Shown piece after piece: positions 11,736 to 25,409 of a DNA stretch of 64,000 bases; the stretch's first letter is position 1; each line of letters starts with the position of its first letter. Under the pieces are notes generated by a model. That model made no database searches. It was not told the DNA's origin and saw only the letters and a program-made list of their open reading frames with translations. The stretch is from contig NW_003314374.1 of assembly GCF_000143415.4 (NCBI RefSeq), positions 331,225 to 395,224 on the forward strand, in the 5' to 3' direction. A program made the position numbers and the translations under genes. This DNA comes from Selaginella moellendorffii (lineage: Eukaryota > Plantae > Lycopodiophyta).

Positions 11736-14700
11736 TTTCTGTGATCAAAGTGCTCGCCCCGTTAGGGTTTGTGAGACCCATAATTGTTGATCGTGTGGCG
11801 CTCGATTGCTGGTGATGAACGGTGGAGATTTGTTGACCAAATTGATCTGGTTGGACTTGTTTGATTGAAGATCAATGGTGGAGATTGCTGATGAAGTTAA
11901 CTCAAGTTCAACTGTTGATATCTGCTGAGGTGGTGTTGATCCAACGGTAGCTTGGGACACAGATTTTTGTTATTGTTTGTTGCTGAAGTTGGTGGAAGAG
12001 TTCGTGGACTTGAGTTGTGTCGAACTGAGTTGAGTTAAAGTTTGTCTACTGGGGTGATTGTCGATTGTTGGTTTTGGGGTGTTTGTTGGTTTGAGTCAGA
12101 AATTTGCTGAGGTGCTGATGTTGAACATGTCGACGTGATATGGTCGAAGGTTATTAAGGTTGACGATCTCAGTGAATTCTTCGGCAAGTGTGCTGACTTT
12201 GGCGGTGCCGTTGGGGTAGAGTGTAATGATCCTTGCCAGTTGGTATGGAGTTTTCGGCCGAGTTTGCCAATGGGTCCTTGGTACCAAAGAGCATGATCAT
12301 TGATGCTGTATTTCAGAATGTTGTGCTGGGATGCTTGTTGGTCATGTCAAGCTTTTCTTTGTTTTTAGATGGCGTGAAGTGTCCAGAGGGCATTGATCAA
12401 AGTTCGTTGAGACGTTCGAGTTGCTGAAGCCGTTCTTGAATTGCATGTTGTGTGTCGAGATTATACTTGACGGTGACTCGCATGCTTGGGACGATGAATT
12501 CGATTGGCATGATGGCTTCTGTTCTGAAGGTGAGTTTGAATGGCGTCATTTCGGTGGTGACTTTATATGCAGTTCGATAGGCCCAAAGTACGTTGAGAAG
12601 TTTGTCGTCCCAGTCTTTGCTAGAATCATTGATGACTTTTCTTGAGGATGGTCTTCAGTGTTTTTTTCGTTGCTTCTGCTTGACCGTTGCCTTGAGGATA
12701 GTATGGTGTTGATGTTTTGTGTCAAATTTTGAACTTGGTGGCAAGATGTTTGATCGTTTGTTGATGAAGTGGGTGCTTTTGTTAGTGACGAGTTCGAGTG
12801 GTGTTCCAAAACAAGTGATGATATTTTCGTAGATGAAGGTTGCTGTTGCTTTGGCTCTGGCATCTTAGAGAGGTATTGATTCAGCCCACTTGGTAGTCTA
12901 ATCGGTGGCGACGACGATGTACTGATGGGTGCTGACTGATGGGTGCTGACTTGGGGTCTGACGAAGTCAAGTCCCCATTTCTAAAATGGTGCCATCAGGA
13001 ATGTTGGGTTGAGTTGTTGAGTCTGAGTTTTCGGTGGTAATCAGTGTCGTTGACATGTGTCGCAGCATTTGGAGAATTCTTCAGTGTCATGCCAGAGTGT
13101 TGGCCACTAGAGGCCGGCTTGAAGAATCTTCCAAGTTGTGGTGTCGGCAGCGAAGTGTCCACTGGAAGGTCCATTGTGAGCTTCCTTGATGATTTGAGTT
13201 GTGCTTGGCAGCTTGATGCATCGGCAAAGAATGTTGTCAATGCCGAGTTTGTAGAGAGTGCCTCCGATGACTGAGTATCAGCGGGTTTTAGCAACAAAAG
13301 TCTTCGTTTGGTCAGACATGGTGTACTGATCTGGAACTTTTGCTGAGTTTAGGTAACTGAAGATGTCGTCGAGCCAGGTTGCCGGTATGGAAACTCAGAA
13401 TAGGTTTGAGTCAGGTAAGTCGTTAGTGAGTCTTTCGGGTTTGTTGCCAGTGGTGATCCAGCTGAGATAGTCTGCTTGCTTGTGATTTTTTCTGGGTTTG
13501 TAGACGATCTCGAAGTTGTATTCTTGTAGTAAAAGGAACCATCTTGATATTCAACCAGATAGTATTGGCTTGTTGATGAGGTAAGGAGTGCCTTGTGGTC
13601 AACAAAAAGGATGACTTTGGTTGACAGTTGTAGTGTTGGAAATTCTGAAGTGAGTAGATCATGCCAAGAGCTTCTTTCTCAGTGGTGGTGTAATTTCGTT
13701 CAGCTGGGTTGAGTAGTTGGCTAGCGTAGTAGATCAGTTGATCTCAGTTGTCGTGTTGAGTTTGGCTGAGAATTGCACCAGTGGCGACGTTAGAAGTGTC
13801 GACATGAATATGGAACTCTTGTGTCCAATCGGGCTTGGCAAGGATTGGTGCTGTTGTGAGTTTGAGTCGGAGAGTGTCAAATGCTTGTTGCTGTTTGAAT
13901 GTCCATGTCCATTGGGCATCTTGCTTTAGGCCTTTGGTGAGTGGTTTGGCAATGTGAGCATACTTGTGGATGAAGCGTCAGTGATATCTGACTTTGCCGA
14001 GGAAGCATCGAAGTTCTTTCTGATTCTTTGGTGGTTTGAGTTTGGAGATGACGTCGACTTTGTCCTTATTGATGAGAATGCCATCTTTGCAGACAACGTG
14101 GCCAAGAAGTACTCCAGATTTGACGAAGAAAGTGCATTTGTCGGGGTTGAGTGCTATGTTGTTCTCCTCACACTTGTCGAGGCATTTCTCGAGGCATTCA
14201 AGATGTCGATCTTCCAAGCTAAAAACACTAAAGTTGTCTATGAAGACTTTCATGAAATCAGTGAGGTAGTCTTGGAAAGTGTTGGTGACGAGCCTTTGGA
14301 AGGTGAATGGGGCATTGGAGAGTCCAAAAGGCATTTGTCGGTAAGCATAGGCTCCCCATGGACTGATGAATGCTGTCTTGTGCTGATCTTCTTCGGTGAT
14401 GTGAATTCGGTTGTAGCCAGAGAAACCGTTGAGGAAGGAGTACATCTCATGTCCAGCAATTGCGTCAAGAACTTCGTTGGTAAATGGTATCGGGAAGACA
14501 TCTTTTTCTGTGGCGTCATTGAGCTGTTTATAGTTGATATAGATTCGAAGTTTGCCATTTTTCTTCGGCACAACCACCAATGGGGAAAGCCAGATTGGAT
14601 TCTGAATCAGGTAGATGTACTTGACTTGGAGAAGCTTGTTGAGTTCTTTCTTTACTTGTTCCATCAGATTCAGATTCATCCAGTAGGCTGCTTGTCTTCT

Positions 14701-17700
14701 TGGTTTTGAGTTTGGAAGAAGGGTGATGATGTGAAGGCTGAGTTTTGGTAAAACTCCCTTAAGGTCTTAGTAACTCCAAGAGAACAAGTGTTTCTTCTTT
14801 TGGAGAAGTTGGATACCTTTGTCTCAAAAAATTGCCGAGATGTCAGTGGCAAGTACAATGTAGTGTTTGTTGCCGTCATCGGCAAGGCTGACTTTTTTGA
14901 GTTTTTGGTCAGCTGGGGAATGTAGGCGACTTTGTTGTGGTTGTTGACTGTGAATGCTAGTGGCGCTTTGAGTTTTGTATCTTGAGTGACTGGATTTTTC
15001 AGTGCTGATGTAATTGGTGGTCGTTCTCGTTGGAAGTCGGCGACGATTCGGAACAGGTCGATCTTAGCCAAAGGTTCAAGATCAGGGTAGGCTTTGAGGA
15101 TTTGTTATCCTTCATAGTCGTTGAGGCCATCTTCGAGATTATATTCTTCCAAGTCAATAGGTCGGTTGTGGCTGGACAGCGATTTGGTCGCTTTTGTCGA
15201 CACGGTTGTCGGGCCATCCAGTCCTCGAAGGATAAGATTGTCATTGGGCCAGTCTTGATAAACTCGTGCAGTTCGGAGCCAAGGTCAACTGAGGAGAATC
15301 GAGTATCCATCGGTCTGCTCTAGTAGTTTGAGGATGACATAGTTGACTGGTATTTCGATGCATTGAATGGTGGTGTTGACTTTGTAGATGATGCCTTTGG
15401 GTTGAACAAATCGGTGGTCGGCCATTCAGACATTAAAAGGTGCCGAGTGGATTGGGCCAATGTTGAGTTGTTGAACAAGACTTTCTTCAATAATATTGAT
15501 GCTGGAGCTGCCGTCAATTATGGCTGGCAAACAGGTGTTTGTCGAGTCATAGGTCAATTATCGGAACATCATTGTCGCAATCACCTGGTTGAATCTTGGT
15601 TCGAAATGTGTCGACAGCTGTCCGTGTTAGGTTGATTTTGGTGAGTCTGTCAAAGTGTTGGTTGGTGCAGATGTCAGATTAGTGAACTGTTTGGTGAGGT
15701 AGGGTGAAATCTTCAGCAGTTGGCCGACAGTGATCTGAATATTTTGGTTGAGGATAGTCTCTGCTACTTCTTGGATTTCCTCGAAGTTTGCCAAATTGTG
15801 TTCTGGTGTCGGTGTCGATGTCAGACGATTTGTCTGTCAGTTTTCTGGTATTGAGTCTCAAGCTGGTGATGGTTGAGCTTCATTGTCAGAGTCTAAAATC
15901 ACTAACTCAGGTGGTGGTAGAGCGAGTTGCTGTTGTATCTTGGCGGCTAACTTCTACTTCTTTTTCCAATCCTGGAGTTTTGTCGAGCTCTCCGGGCCAT
16001 TCTCTTCACGATCTCTGGAATCACTGTCTGGTTGTTGTTGTTTTTCTGCTCGAATTTGTGCTCGGGTTTGTACTGCCATGACTTGAAGATCAGAGTCATC
16101 ATTGTCAGCATAAGGTAGTTCATCGGTCTCGACCATCCTTGTTGTTGGTGGTCGTTGCTGGTTCTGATCTTGTTGTCGAGGAGGTGGTGGACCAAGCCTC
16201 GGCAGACTGCTTTGGTTTTGAAGTCGAGGTTGCCATGGCCAGTTGTTGTAGTTGCCTTGGTAGCCCTGGTCTTGATAACCTTTTCCTTGGTATCTTCGGT
16301 TCTGGTATCTTGGGTATTGTTGGTATCCTTGGTTGTAGTTGTCTTGGTTTGCCGGGTAGTTCCAGTTCGGCGGGTATTGTCGATAGTTGTTATTGCAGTC
16401 ATTGTTGTAATTGTTGTAGTTGTTGTAGCGAGGTTGATCATTCCATTGTCGACTCTGTTGTTGGAAGTTGTTTCTCGGTGGTCTCCAGTTTATCAGAGGT
16501 GGTGCTAGGTAGTTGTCGAAGTATTGATTTGGATATGGTTGTCGAAATTGCTGTCAGGGATAGTTTGAGACTTGTCAAACTTCTGGAGAATTTCAAAATC
16601 TACAAGTCTTGGCATCATGACCTTCTTTGGCACAGATCTGGCATTTGGAGATTTGGAGCTTGCAGTCACTTGCTGGATGTCCTTTGTTCTTGCACATAGT
16701 ACACCAAATTCTAGATTGAAATTTGTTGATGTCAGCCTTGGCTTTTCCCTTGAGCTTATCAATTGTTTTCTTGAGTTTCTGAAGTTTTGACTTGGTACTC
16801 TCTCCGAGTTCATCATCAAAGTCGTCGTTGGAACTGATGTTAGAATCTGAGTTATCCGTGTCGTCGACTTGTGCTGTCATTTGTCAAGCTTGAACATCTT
16901 GAAGGGCTCTTGCTAGTTCGAGGTAAGTGGTGACGTTGATGTGTGTTGCTGCTTCTCGGAGGGATTGTTGGAGGCCTTGCATGTACCATTGGTAAAGTAA
17001 AGTTTTGGTGGCACTGTTGCCGCATTTACTAGCATGTCGAGTGAAGGTTTGAGTGTAATCGTCGATGGATTGACCAGACTTCTACTTGAGTTTTTGGATC
17101 TTGTGAAGTCATTGGCTTTGAGTGAGGGAAGACTTGAATCGGTCTACGAGCTTGAGTGTGAGGTCATCGAAACTTGTATTTGAGGAAGCTTTTGAGCCCA
17201 TTCGTTGGCTCTCTTTCAAAGGGTACATTGGAAGTAGTATGGGAGTTCGGTCATCTAGCTGTTGATGCAGATTGCTTCTCGGAACTGTTCGACATGTTTC
17301 TCAACATCTTCTAACTTCAGACCATGAAATAGTGGATAAGAGACATGTCTTCTGACAGGTATGTTAGCGATGGCAGTAGTGACTACCATTTGCTGTTGGT
17401 AGTAATGGTGGTATTGTCGAGGTTGTTTTGTCGGATTCTCACCGTGGAGTCCGAAGGTGATTCAGAGCAAGGGGTTGTCAGGGTTGACAGCAAAGTCAGT
17501 GTAGGAGGAAGCTGGGGAATTGTTGTTGTTGTTTAGTGGACCCTCCTCTGTCTTTTCTTCTGTGTTGGGACTGTTTTCGGGTGTGTCGTTAGTGTTAGGT
17601 TGCTTGCCAGTGTTGATTTCCGGAAGATGCTGCTCAAACTTGTTGTCGACGTACTTGTCGGAGTCCTAATGCCTCCTTGATGTATACGGCTGTGGAAAAT

Positions 17701-17778
17701 GGACTAGGAGCTTGAGCAGGATTCCCTAGAAAGGGTGAACTCGTCCTTAGGACAAGGACTTTGTTGGGGGGGAAGAAT

Positions 17779-18301
17779 TGTTAGGTGCCAACTTTGACTA
17801 CGTGGTCAACGTCAGTCAAAGGGAGGCTCAAGGGTATATTAAGGCATGTTAGGGTAAAGGACTTAACCTACCCTAGGGCTCATAGTGGAGTGGCGGCGCA
17901 GTGGAGTTTTTGAGGTAGCTTGGGGGTGGTTGGGTCGTGAGGAACCTCAAGAGGTGGCGTAGCATAGTCTAGGGCAGCTAGATCTCTGTCTTTTTGTGGC
18001 GGATCATAACAAAGGTATCGGAGCCCAGTTCGATTCTCGTGGCTGACGAGTGGGGTAGGAATATTCTGAAGGAATATTCAACATGGTGGATCTAGAGGGA
18101 GAACCAAGGTTTGGTAGACCCTAAGAGAAGGACCATGGTGACCAGAGGGTGGCCTAAGTATGATCGTGGACGATCATTCCCTGACAAGGGGGAGGATTGT
18201 TAGGCACCAGGTCAGAATAATAAGATAAGGAAAGGGCCCTACAATCAAATGATCACCCCTTTAGCCAGTTGGTTTAGGGTGTAAGGGATAGAATCCTAAC
18301 A
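17779..18301 (+). mobile_element. TRIM-like unit: LTR, Met-PBS, 186-bp non-coding interior, PPT, start of a second LTR
   Basis: TGTTAGG...ATAACA (17779-18011), then AGGTATCGGAGCC (close to the TGGTATCAGAGCC iMet PBS), PPT AAGGGGGAGGAT (18186-18197) and TGTTAGGCACCA. Confidence 0.6.
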
Positions 18302-18359
18302 AACCACTAGAACGACAACTTCCTTTTGACATTTACATCACAACGGGTATAGAGGTTAG

Positions 18360-21300
18360 GAGACTGAGAAGAAGTACGTGGATGCAAAAAAAGAAGCAGT
18401 GGCTGTTGTTTACACCTTGGAGCGATTTTGTCACTTTCTCACTGGAGCCTGTATCCATTTCCACGTCTATTTTAATGTGCTAACCGTTCTTTTACAACGA
18501 CCAGTTCACAGTCTTTGTACTTTATCTTGGATTGTGACCATCCAAGAGTTCCAGCCAACTTTTCACATGCGGCACAACTGTGTGATGGATCCGAGCGAGT
18601 TCTTGGTTGCTGAAGCTACTTCCTTTGTAGTCCCAGCAGTATTACAGGACATTGTAGTGTACCTGGATTCAGCTCAGTTCCTAGCAGATTCCTCACTAGT
18701 GCAACAAAAGGCATTGGAGATTCGAGCACGGGGGTTTTGCCTTCTCAATAGACACCTTTACAGGAGAACTTCTCAGAAGGTTTTGTTGCGGTGTGTGGGG
18801 GAACATGAGGTCCCTGAGCTCCTTTGCGCTTTCCACTCTTGTGCAAGGCATTTCTCGGGACGGGTCACAACACAACTCCTCTTGTGCCATGGCTACTTTT
18901 GGCCTCGGATTCACCAGGATAGCTTGGCCTATGCAAAGGCATGTGAGCAATGCCAACAGTTCAACCCCCGGAGCCATATTCCACATCTTCCTTTCTAGCT
19001 CATTACTTCTCTAGGTCCCTTTTTCTAGTGGGGACTTGACTTCGTCGGCCCGATAAACCCACCGAGCTCAAAAGGATAGCAATACATCATCGTGGCGACG
19101 GACTATTTCACAAAATGGGTTGAGGCCACCCCTTTGCAACAGGCAGATCAACAGTCTACAACAAAGTTTTTCTACGAGTACATCATTTGCCGATTCGGAG
19201 TTCTTGCTATTTTGGTTTCCGATTGTGGCAATGGCTTCCTTGAATAGGTGATGCAGCATTTTCTCCAGTAGCTACAGGTCAAGCACGTGAAGAGCAGCAG
19301 TTATTATCCTGAGTGCAATGGTCAGGTGGAGTCCAACAACAAGATAATGAAGACAGTCACCTCAAAGCTTGTGGAGGATCACCCAAAGTGTTGGCATGAA
19401 CACTTGGTTATGGTGTTGTGGGCCTTTTGGACGTCCTTCAAGACATCCATCTCTACAACCCCATTCTCCCTTGTCTATGGGACAGAGGCCATGCTTCCAG
19501 TGGAGATCCAAGTGCCATCGCTCTCACTTTCACTTCGATATGCAGCAGCAATGCAACTTAGCAATGAGGACAAGCTTCATACACGTGACTTGGCTGTTCT
19601 TGCCTTGGAAGAACAGCGATGATCCATATCGGAACATCTCCTTCGAGGCAAGCAGAAGATCAAGTCAATCATTGATCACTAGTGGTCTCCTGAACCATTC
19701 GAGGATGGCAATCTTGTTCTACTCAAGGAGTTCACGCCACCTTCGAAGTTCTTTGGCCCCTACTTTGTTTGTGACACATCGGAGGTGGAGCATACGTGCT
19801 AGTTAATGCTGAGGGACGTGAGCTCCCACACGCTCACAACCACTCTCACCTCAAACGCTTCATCCGGTGAGGCATTCCTCTTCTCTTCTTTTTCTTTTTC
19901 TTTCTTTCTTTCACTTTACTTTCATGGCTCTTTTTCTTTCTTTTACGGGGTGTTTCTCCGTTGGACTATGGCCCATACCTTGGATTTTGTGTTCATGGTG
20001 CATTGCCATTTGTATGGAGGTTCCTTGCTTGGCTTGGTCTATGTTCCAGGTTCTTTGGCCCTTCCCTTACCATTACTACACTCCACACATTCCTCTCACC
20101 CATTCCATATCATCTACACTCACAATTCCATCACCAATCACTTCCAACAACATTGCCCACACTTATCTTTACTTTAGCATCCTTAAGATGCCCGTAGACA
20201 TGGGGAATAGCCTTCCCCAATATCACGTTTACAATCCCCACTAAGTCCCTTTTTTGTCCATGGCCGTGTTTGCCAACACTACCACTAGGATAAGGCCCAT
20301 AGGCCTGACCACTAAGTCCTACTATCCTCTGGGACTTCCTCACCACATGACCATATCCTTGGTCACTACACAAGAGGACCACTCCTCTTCCTTTCCATAA
20401 TCTAGGACTTTAGGACAATATTTCGGAACACCTGGCCCTATGCCAGCCTTTTGGGTACTCTCCCCACCTTCTGCCTTTGGGTGCTATAGCCATGGGCTTA
20501 AAATGAGGTTTCGTTGAGCCATGCCATGTATCCAAGTAGATAGTGCCACCCACACTTGGATTGGGAGCATCGACTATTCGATCTCCTAGGGGAACTAGAG
20601 CCAGCTCTTGAACACTTCACTAAGCTACCCCGCTTGTCAGTTCGTATTCACTCTAGCCTTGAACTTCCCAACGGTCATCTCATCACCCAACAGTTGGGTA
20701 TAGCCTTCTTGGGCCAAATTAGCCTTTCCTGGCCAAACTAACTCCACTAGAGTCCAACCCCCACACTCTCCCTACTATACTTTTGGAACCCCCTACAACC
20801 CCCTACACCCCTCCCCCCCCTGCCCCCTCCCTCCTCCCTGGGGGACGATTGCTTTAGCCTTTGACCTAACAGCTTGTATTAATATTTGGACTCAGACTCG
20901 GACTCGGACTTGACTCGGTCTTAGTCTCGGTCTTGGACTTAGTCTCGATCTCGGTCTCGGTCTCAGTTCTATCTCGGGTCCATCTCGAACTCCATCTCAG
21001 GTCTATCTCGAATCCATCTCAGACTCTATCTCGAACTCCATCTTGAACTCCATTTTAGGTCCATTTCAGACTCCATCTCAGACTCCATTTCGGACTCCAT
21101 CTCGAGTCCATCTCAAACTCCATCTCGAACTCCATCTTGGGTCCATCTTAGACTCTATCTCGAGTCCATCTTGGACTTCATCTCGAGTCTATCTCAGACT
21201 CCATCTCGAACTCCATCTTGGGTCCATCTCGGACTCCATCTCGGGCCCTTCCACATGTCATATGTTGGTCCTCTTGTGTTCTTTTTATAAAGACTCACTT

Positions 21301-21477
21301 ATTGGTTGCTTCATGCTTCTTCCTCGAGCACTTCATTGGGAGTTCCACTCCCGCTCTCAACTTTTCAAGTCGAAACTTTTAGTCCAAACGTGTTACACTC
21401 ATTTGGCTTTCGCTTTAGCCACTACCACATAACACTCTTTTAGCTCCACTTTGGGGCTTAGGGATTTGTGTCTCACA
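18360..21477 (+). mobile_element. 5'-truncated degenerate Ty3/gypsy element: RNase H tail, integrase and long terminal region
   Basis: EAVAVVYTLERFCHFL, GYFWPRI...CEQCQ, WGLDFVGP, ATDYFTKWVEA, YYPECNGQVE and TPFSLVYGTEAMLPVEI. The terminal region ends ...GTCTCACA at 21477. Confidence 0.85.
20890..21245. repeat. 11/12-bp tandem array (GGACTCCATCTC / GGGTCCATCTC) within an LTR
   Basis: Periodicity is directly visible. Confidence 0.9.
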
Positions 21478-23887
21478 ATCCTAAGGGTGTTAATGTGTGG
21501 CCAAGGATGACCACTCTTAGGCAAATGGCCCAATCTTTGAGAGATGGGGTTGTGATGCAGATGGTCTTAGACTACTGATGTGGCAGGGGTGAATGGGTAT
21601 AGCTTTAACATAACAAGCTGATATGTTGGTGGTACCTTTGGGTGTCGATCAAAGAATTAAACACGTAGAGCATTTGGACCAAGTGCCAAGGTTAAGTGAC
21701 ATAGATGCCATTCATTGGGCTAAACTTATGGAGTTCGTGAGTGAGACTCCTCTAAGTGGACAAAAGTATAGCTTAGTGGTTAAAGTAGAATGGACAAATT
21801 AATCATTTATAACATAGTGAATGAGATAAGGACACCTAGTCTTAGTTGTTATAAACCTTTGGATAAAAGGGCTGGCTTAGGCTCTATCAACTGAGAAGGT
21901 TAACTCTGCATTTTTCCCTTGTTTTTTAGAGATTTGTGTGGTTTGTGAGTTGGAAGAAGTGCAAAAGGAAGTGAAGTAGCATGCTAGAGCCTCAGAGGGG
22001 AGATGTAATTGAAGTTGGTAAAGTTCAAGTGGTTTTAAAGTTGAGAAGTTATTGGCAATTACCTTGCATGTAGTAAGGATTTCAAAGATGAAGATTTTAG
22101 GAAGGTTGAAGAGCTCAATGAGGGCTTTCTAACGAGTTCAAGATCAAGAAGGTTGGACATGTGAATTAGAAGATATTTTGAATTAAAGTTGCAAGAGTGA
22201 AGCTTGTGGAGAACCTTCATTAGCAAAACTTCTAGTGTTAAAGCTGGAATATTTCATATAGGAATATCCTGTAGCTCTGATATATAAAAGATAAAAATAA
22301 AGATCAGTGTAATTAAAAATTAAAAAATGAAAAGAATTAATACAATTTAGAATTACAAGCATATATACAGTAGCCTAGGAATATTCTGGGAGGTTCCAAA
22401 TGAGATATCCTAGAATCTTCCTAAGTATTTAGGAGGGTGTATAGGAGGTCACAAAAGCAGTTATTTAGGAGTGGAAGAGGTGTGTAGAATGGTGCGACAG
22501 CATGAAATCCCTAGACATGATCCACATGTAGATCGTGTCACTTGCAATCTGAGAGTGTGTTGGATAGTAGAGAGACTAAGCATTCAATTAGAGCAGACTA
22601 TGATGACTTACTGCCCCACCTACAGTCAAGTGTGGTATCGACTGATAAGAGAAATCCTGGAAGAACTCCTGAACCCAGCTATCACTAAGCTGATTGATGC
22701 CTAGATGTACCCTGTTTCAATCAATAAAAGTTCTAGAGAGACAAACTTGGTGCTTGGGTGTGTTTGAGTTGAGTGAGTGAGTGAAGTTGGACTACAGACA
22801 CACTGCCAAGTGTGGGGGATGCCCCCGAGATCATGGTTAATAACTTAAAGGTCCAAAAATCCTAGTATCTATTAGTAAATAACAAGTGTCAAGGTGAGAT
22901 CACTAAGTGATTTTATGGATAAATAAGGATAAAATCTTTGTGAAGTTAAGGAATAAAGTTTTTAGTTCAAAGTGTTGATTTGAACTATTGGTAATGGTAT
23001 AACTTGGTCAATGTGACCAAATGGGGAAGACACCTAACTGTGACAATGCAATAGTATTGTGAGTTCAAGAAAATAATCTCTAAGGAAGAATCCATAAATG
23101 GGTCATAAGGATGGTCTATGGATAGATCCCACAACAAAAAATGCTAAGGAAACTTACTAGGGGTGAACACTTCTTAGACTTGGCAAAATAGAAGATTTAC
23201 TATAGAACTAAAAGGATATCTCAAGGATGGAGGTAGAGATTCTATATTGTGTGATGTAACAATCAAATGATAGAAGCAAAAGACTAATAGCCAATAATGA
23301 ACCATAAAAATCATTGGAAAGAATCCAAATGACAATTTAAGCAAAGAACTATCAAATGGTGGATGTTAACGGATTGTGGGAAAGGAAATATGTATCCAAG
23401 GATAGATTTCCTTAACACTCTAATATGGTAAAGGTGAAAGTTCTAAAAGATGGAATAGTAAGATAGCCAAATAATATAGCCATAAACAATTATAACACAA
23501 ATTATAAATAAGTGGAACTTAATGCTTAGAGTGGTAGGAAATAGAAGAAAGGATGATTGTTGCGAATGTGACTTCAGGTATTGAAAGTTACCTGTCAGTT
23601 GGTCCTTTCGGATATTCTTTGGGAAGTGGGATTGAGATAAAAAAGGTATCTCTAATAAGTTTAGCAAGAAATAAACTAATCAAGAGAGAGAACCACCACA
23701 AGTTGTCTAATGAGTTTTTAAGTTGGAGAGACTATGATGGGCAAAACATGGTGAGCCTTTGGTGTCAAACCATTGATGAATATTAATTTAGTGCTAAGGA
23801 CAAAAATGGTAATCTATAATAGGGTTACTTTATAAAATGGTTTATTGTTCAATGAGGATATCAAACTTCATCTATGAGTGGTAGAGT

Positions 23888-25040
23888 TGTGAGACACAAA
23901 TTTTTAAGCCCAAAAATGGAGTAAAAAAGGTGCCATATGGTAGTTATCAAAGTGGAAGTCTAACAAGCGTAACATATTTGGACCAAAATCTCCAACTTTG
24001 AAAGTTAAAAGCGGGAATGGAATTCCAAACAAAGTGCTTGAAGAATGAGCATGAAGCAATTGGTGAATGAGTCTCTAAAAAGGGACATAAGGGTTGATAC
24101 ATAGCAAGTGTCGGGACACATAAAAATGTTAGGAACAAGTCCAAAAAAGATTCTGAGAAGGAGTTCGAGATGGAGTCTAGGATGAACCCAAGATGGGACT
24201 TGAGATAGACCTAAAATGGAGTCTAAAATGAAGTCTGATATAGATTTGAGATGGACTTAAGATGGAGTCCAAAATGGAGTCCGAGATGGACCTGAGATAG
24301 AGTCCAAGATGGACTCAAGATGGAGTCCAAAGTTGAGTCTGAGATAGACTTGAGATTGAGTTTGAGATTGAATTTGAGATGGACTTAAGATGGAGTTTGA
24401 GGTCGAAGCCGAGACCAAGACCGAAACTGGCAGAATGTGGGGAAAGTACCCATAAAGCTTGTATAAGGCCAAAGTATTTTGAAATATTATCCCAAAGTCT
24501 CAAATTATGGAAAGAAAGAGGAGCAATCCTTTTGTATAGTGACCAAAGGCATGGTCATGTGGCGAGGAAGCCTTAGAGGTTAGGCCTTCAAGTCCTAACC
24601 TAATAGCAGTGTTGGTGAGCATAGTCATGGATGGAAAAGGATTTGGTAGAGACTAAAGAAGGGATATTGTGGAAGAGCGTTCCCCATATTTTTTGGCATC
24701 CTAAGGATGTTAAGAGGTGGTCTTGGGATGATCACTCATGAATAAAGGGTTTAGTCTTTGAGAGATAGGACTACAGTATAAGTGGTCTTGAACTATTAAT
24801 GAGACAAGGGTGAATAAACATGGCCTTAGCATAATGGGCTAATAAGTCAATAATACTTTTGGGTTGTCTATCATAAAATTTGACATATGGAGCAATTGAA
24901 CCAAATGCAAAAGGTAAGTGGCATAGATGTCATTCACGGGGCTAATATGTCCCCAAGGCTGGAATAGAACTTATAAAGGTTGTGAGTGAAACTCTTCCAA
25001 ATAGTCAATCACGTAAAATGGAGCGAAATGGAATTTGGCT
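23888..25040 (-). mobile_element. LTR-family copy with the 12-bp array at about 24150-24425
   Basis: Begins TGTGAGACACAAAT, the reverse complement of the 21477 terminus. Colinear similarity to 20160-21477 and 58719-60150. Confidence 0.75.
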
Positions 25041-25409
25041 CAATTTCAATATGCCGGTGGCGTAATGCAAGGATATAATACTAAGTGACTAAAATAGAAT
25101 GCAAAATTTAATTGCTTATAGTCTCCTATCTAAACTTCCTCATAAGTTAAATTATGAGGTGAGATCATGTTAAAGCTAAGGATAAAACCAATTTACTATT
25201 GTCTATTTCATGCAGAGGAATAAGAGGTTTAACAATAAGTCAGGGAGTTATTTAAATTTGGATTTATTTAGCCAAGTAAGTCTTAATTTGGCATATTAGT
25301 CTTGCTGGTTTAATATAAATATGTATTAACTACCATATATTGAATAAAAAGATAATAAAGGATAAGATGTCAATGCTATACATTGATGATATTTTAAATA
25401 AGTTTAGTT

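Larger units (their letters stand above)
9500..17700 (-). mobile_element. Degenerate non-chromovirus Ty3/gypsy LTR retrotransposon (gag-PR-RT-RH-INT plus an extra 3' ORF); 5' LTR missing
   Basis: gag zinc knuckles CTMCKNKGHPASDC and CQICAKEGHDAKTC (about 16600-16720); protease IDGSSSINII (about 15500); RT MPFGLSNAP and VFIDNF (13978-14700); RNase H (about 13500-13900); integrase WGLDFV (about 12100-13300). Many frameshifts and stops. Confidence 0.92.
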
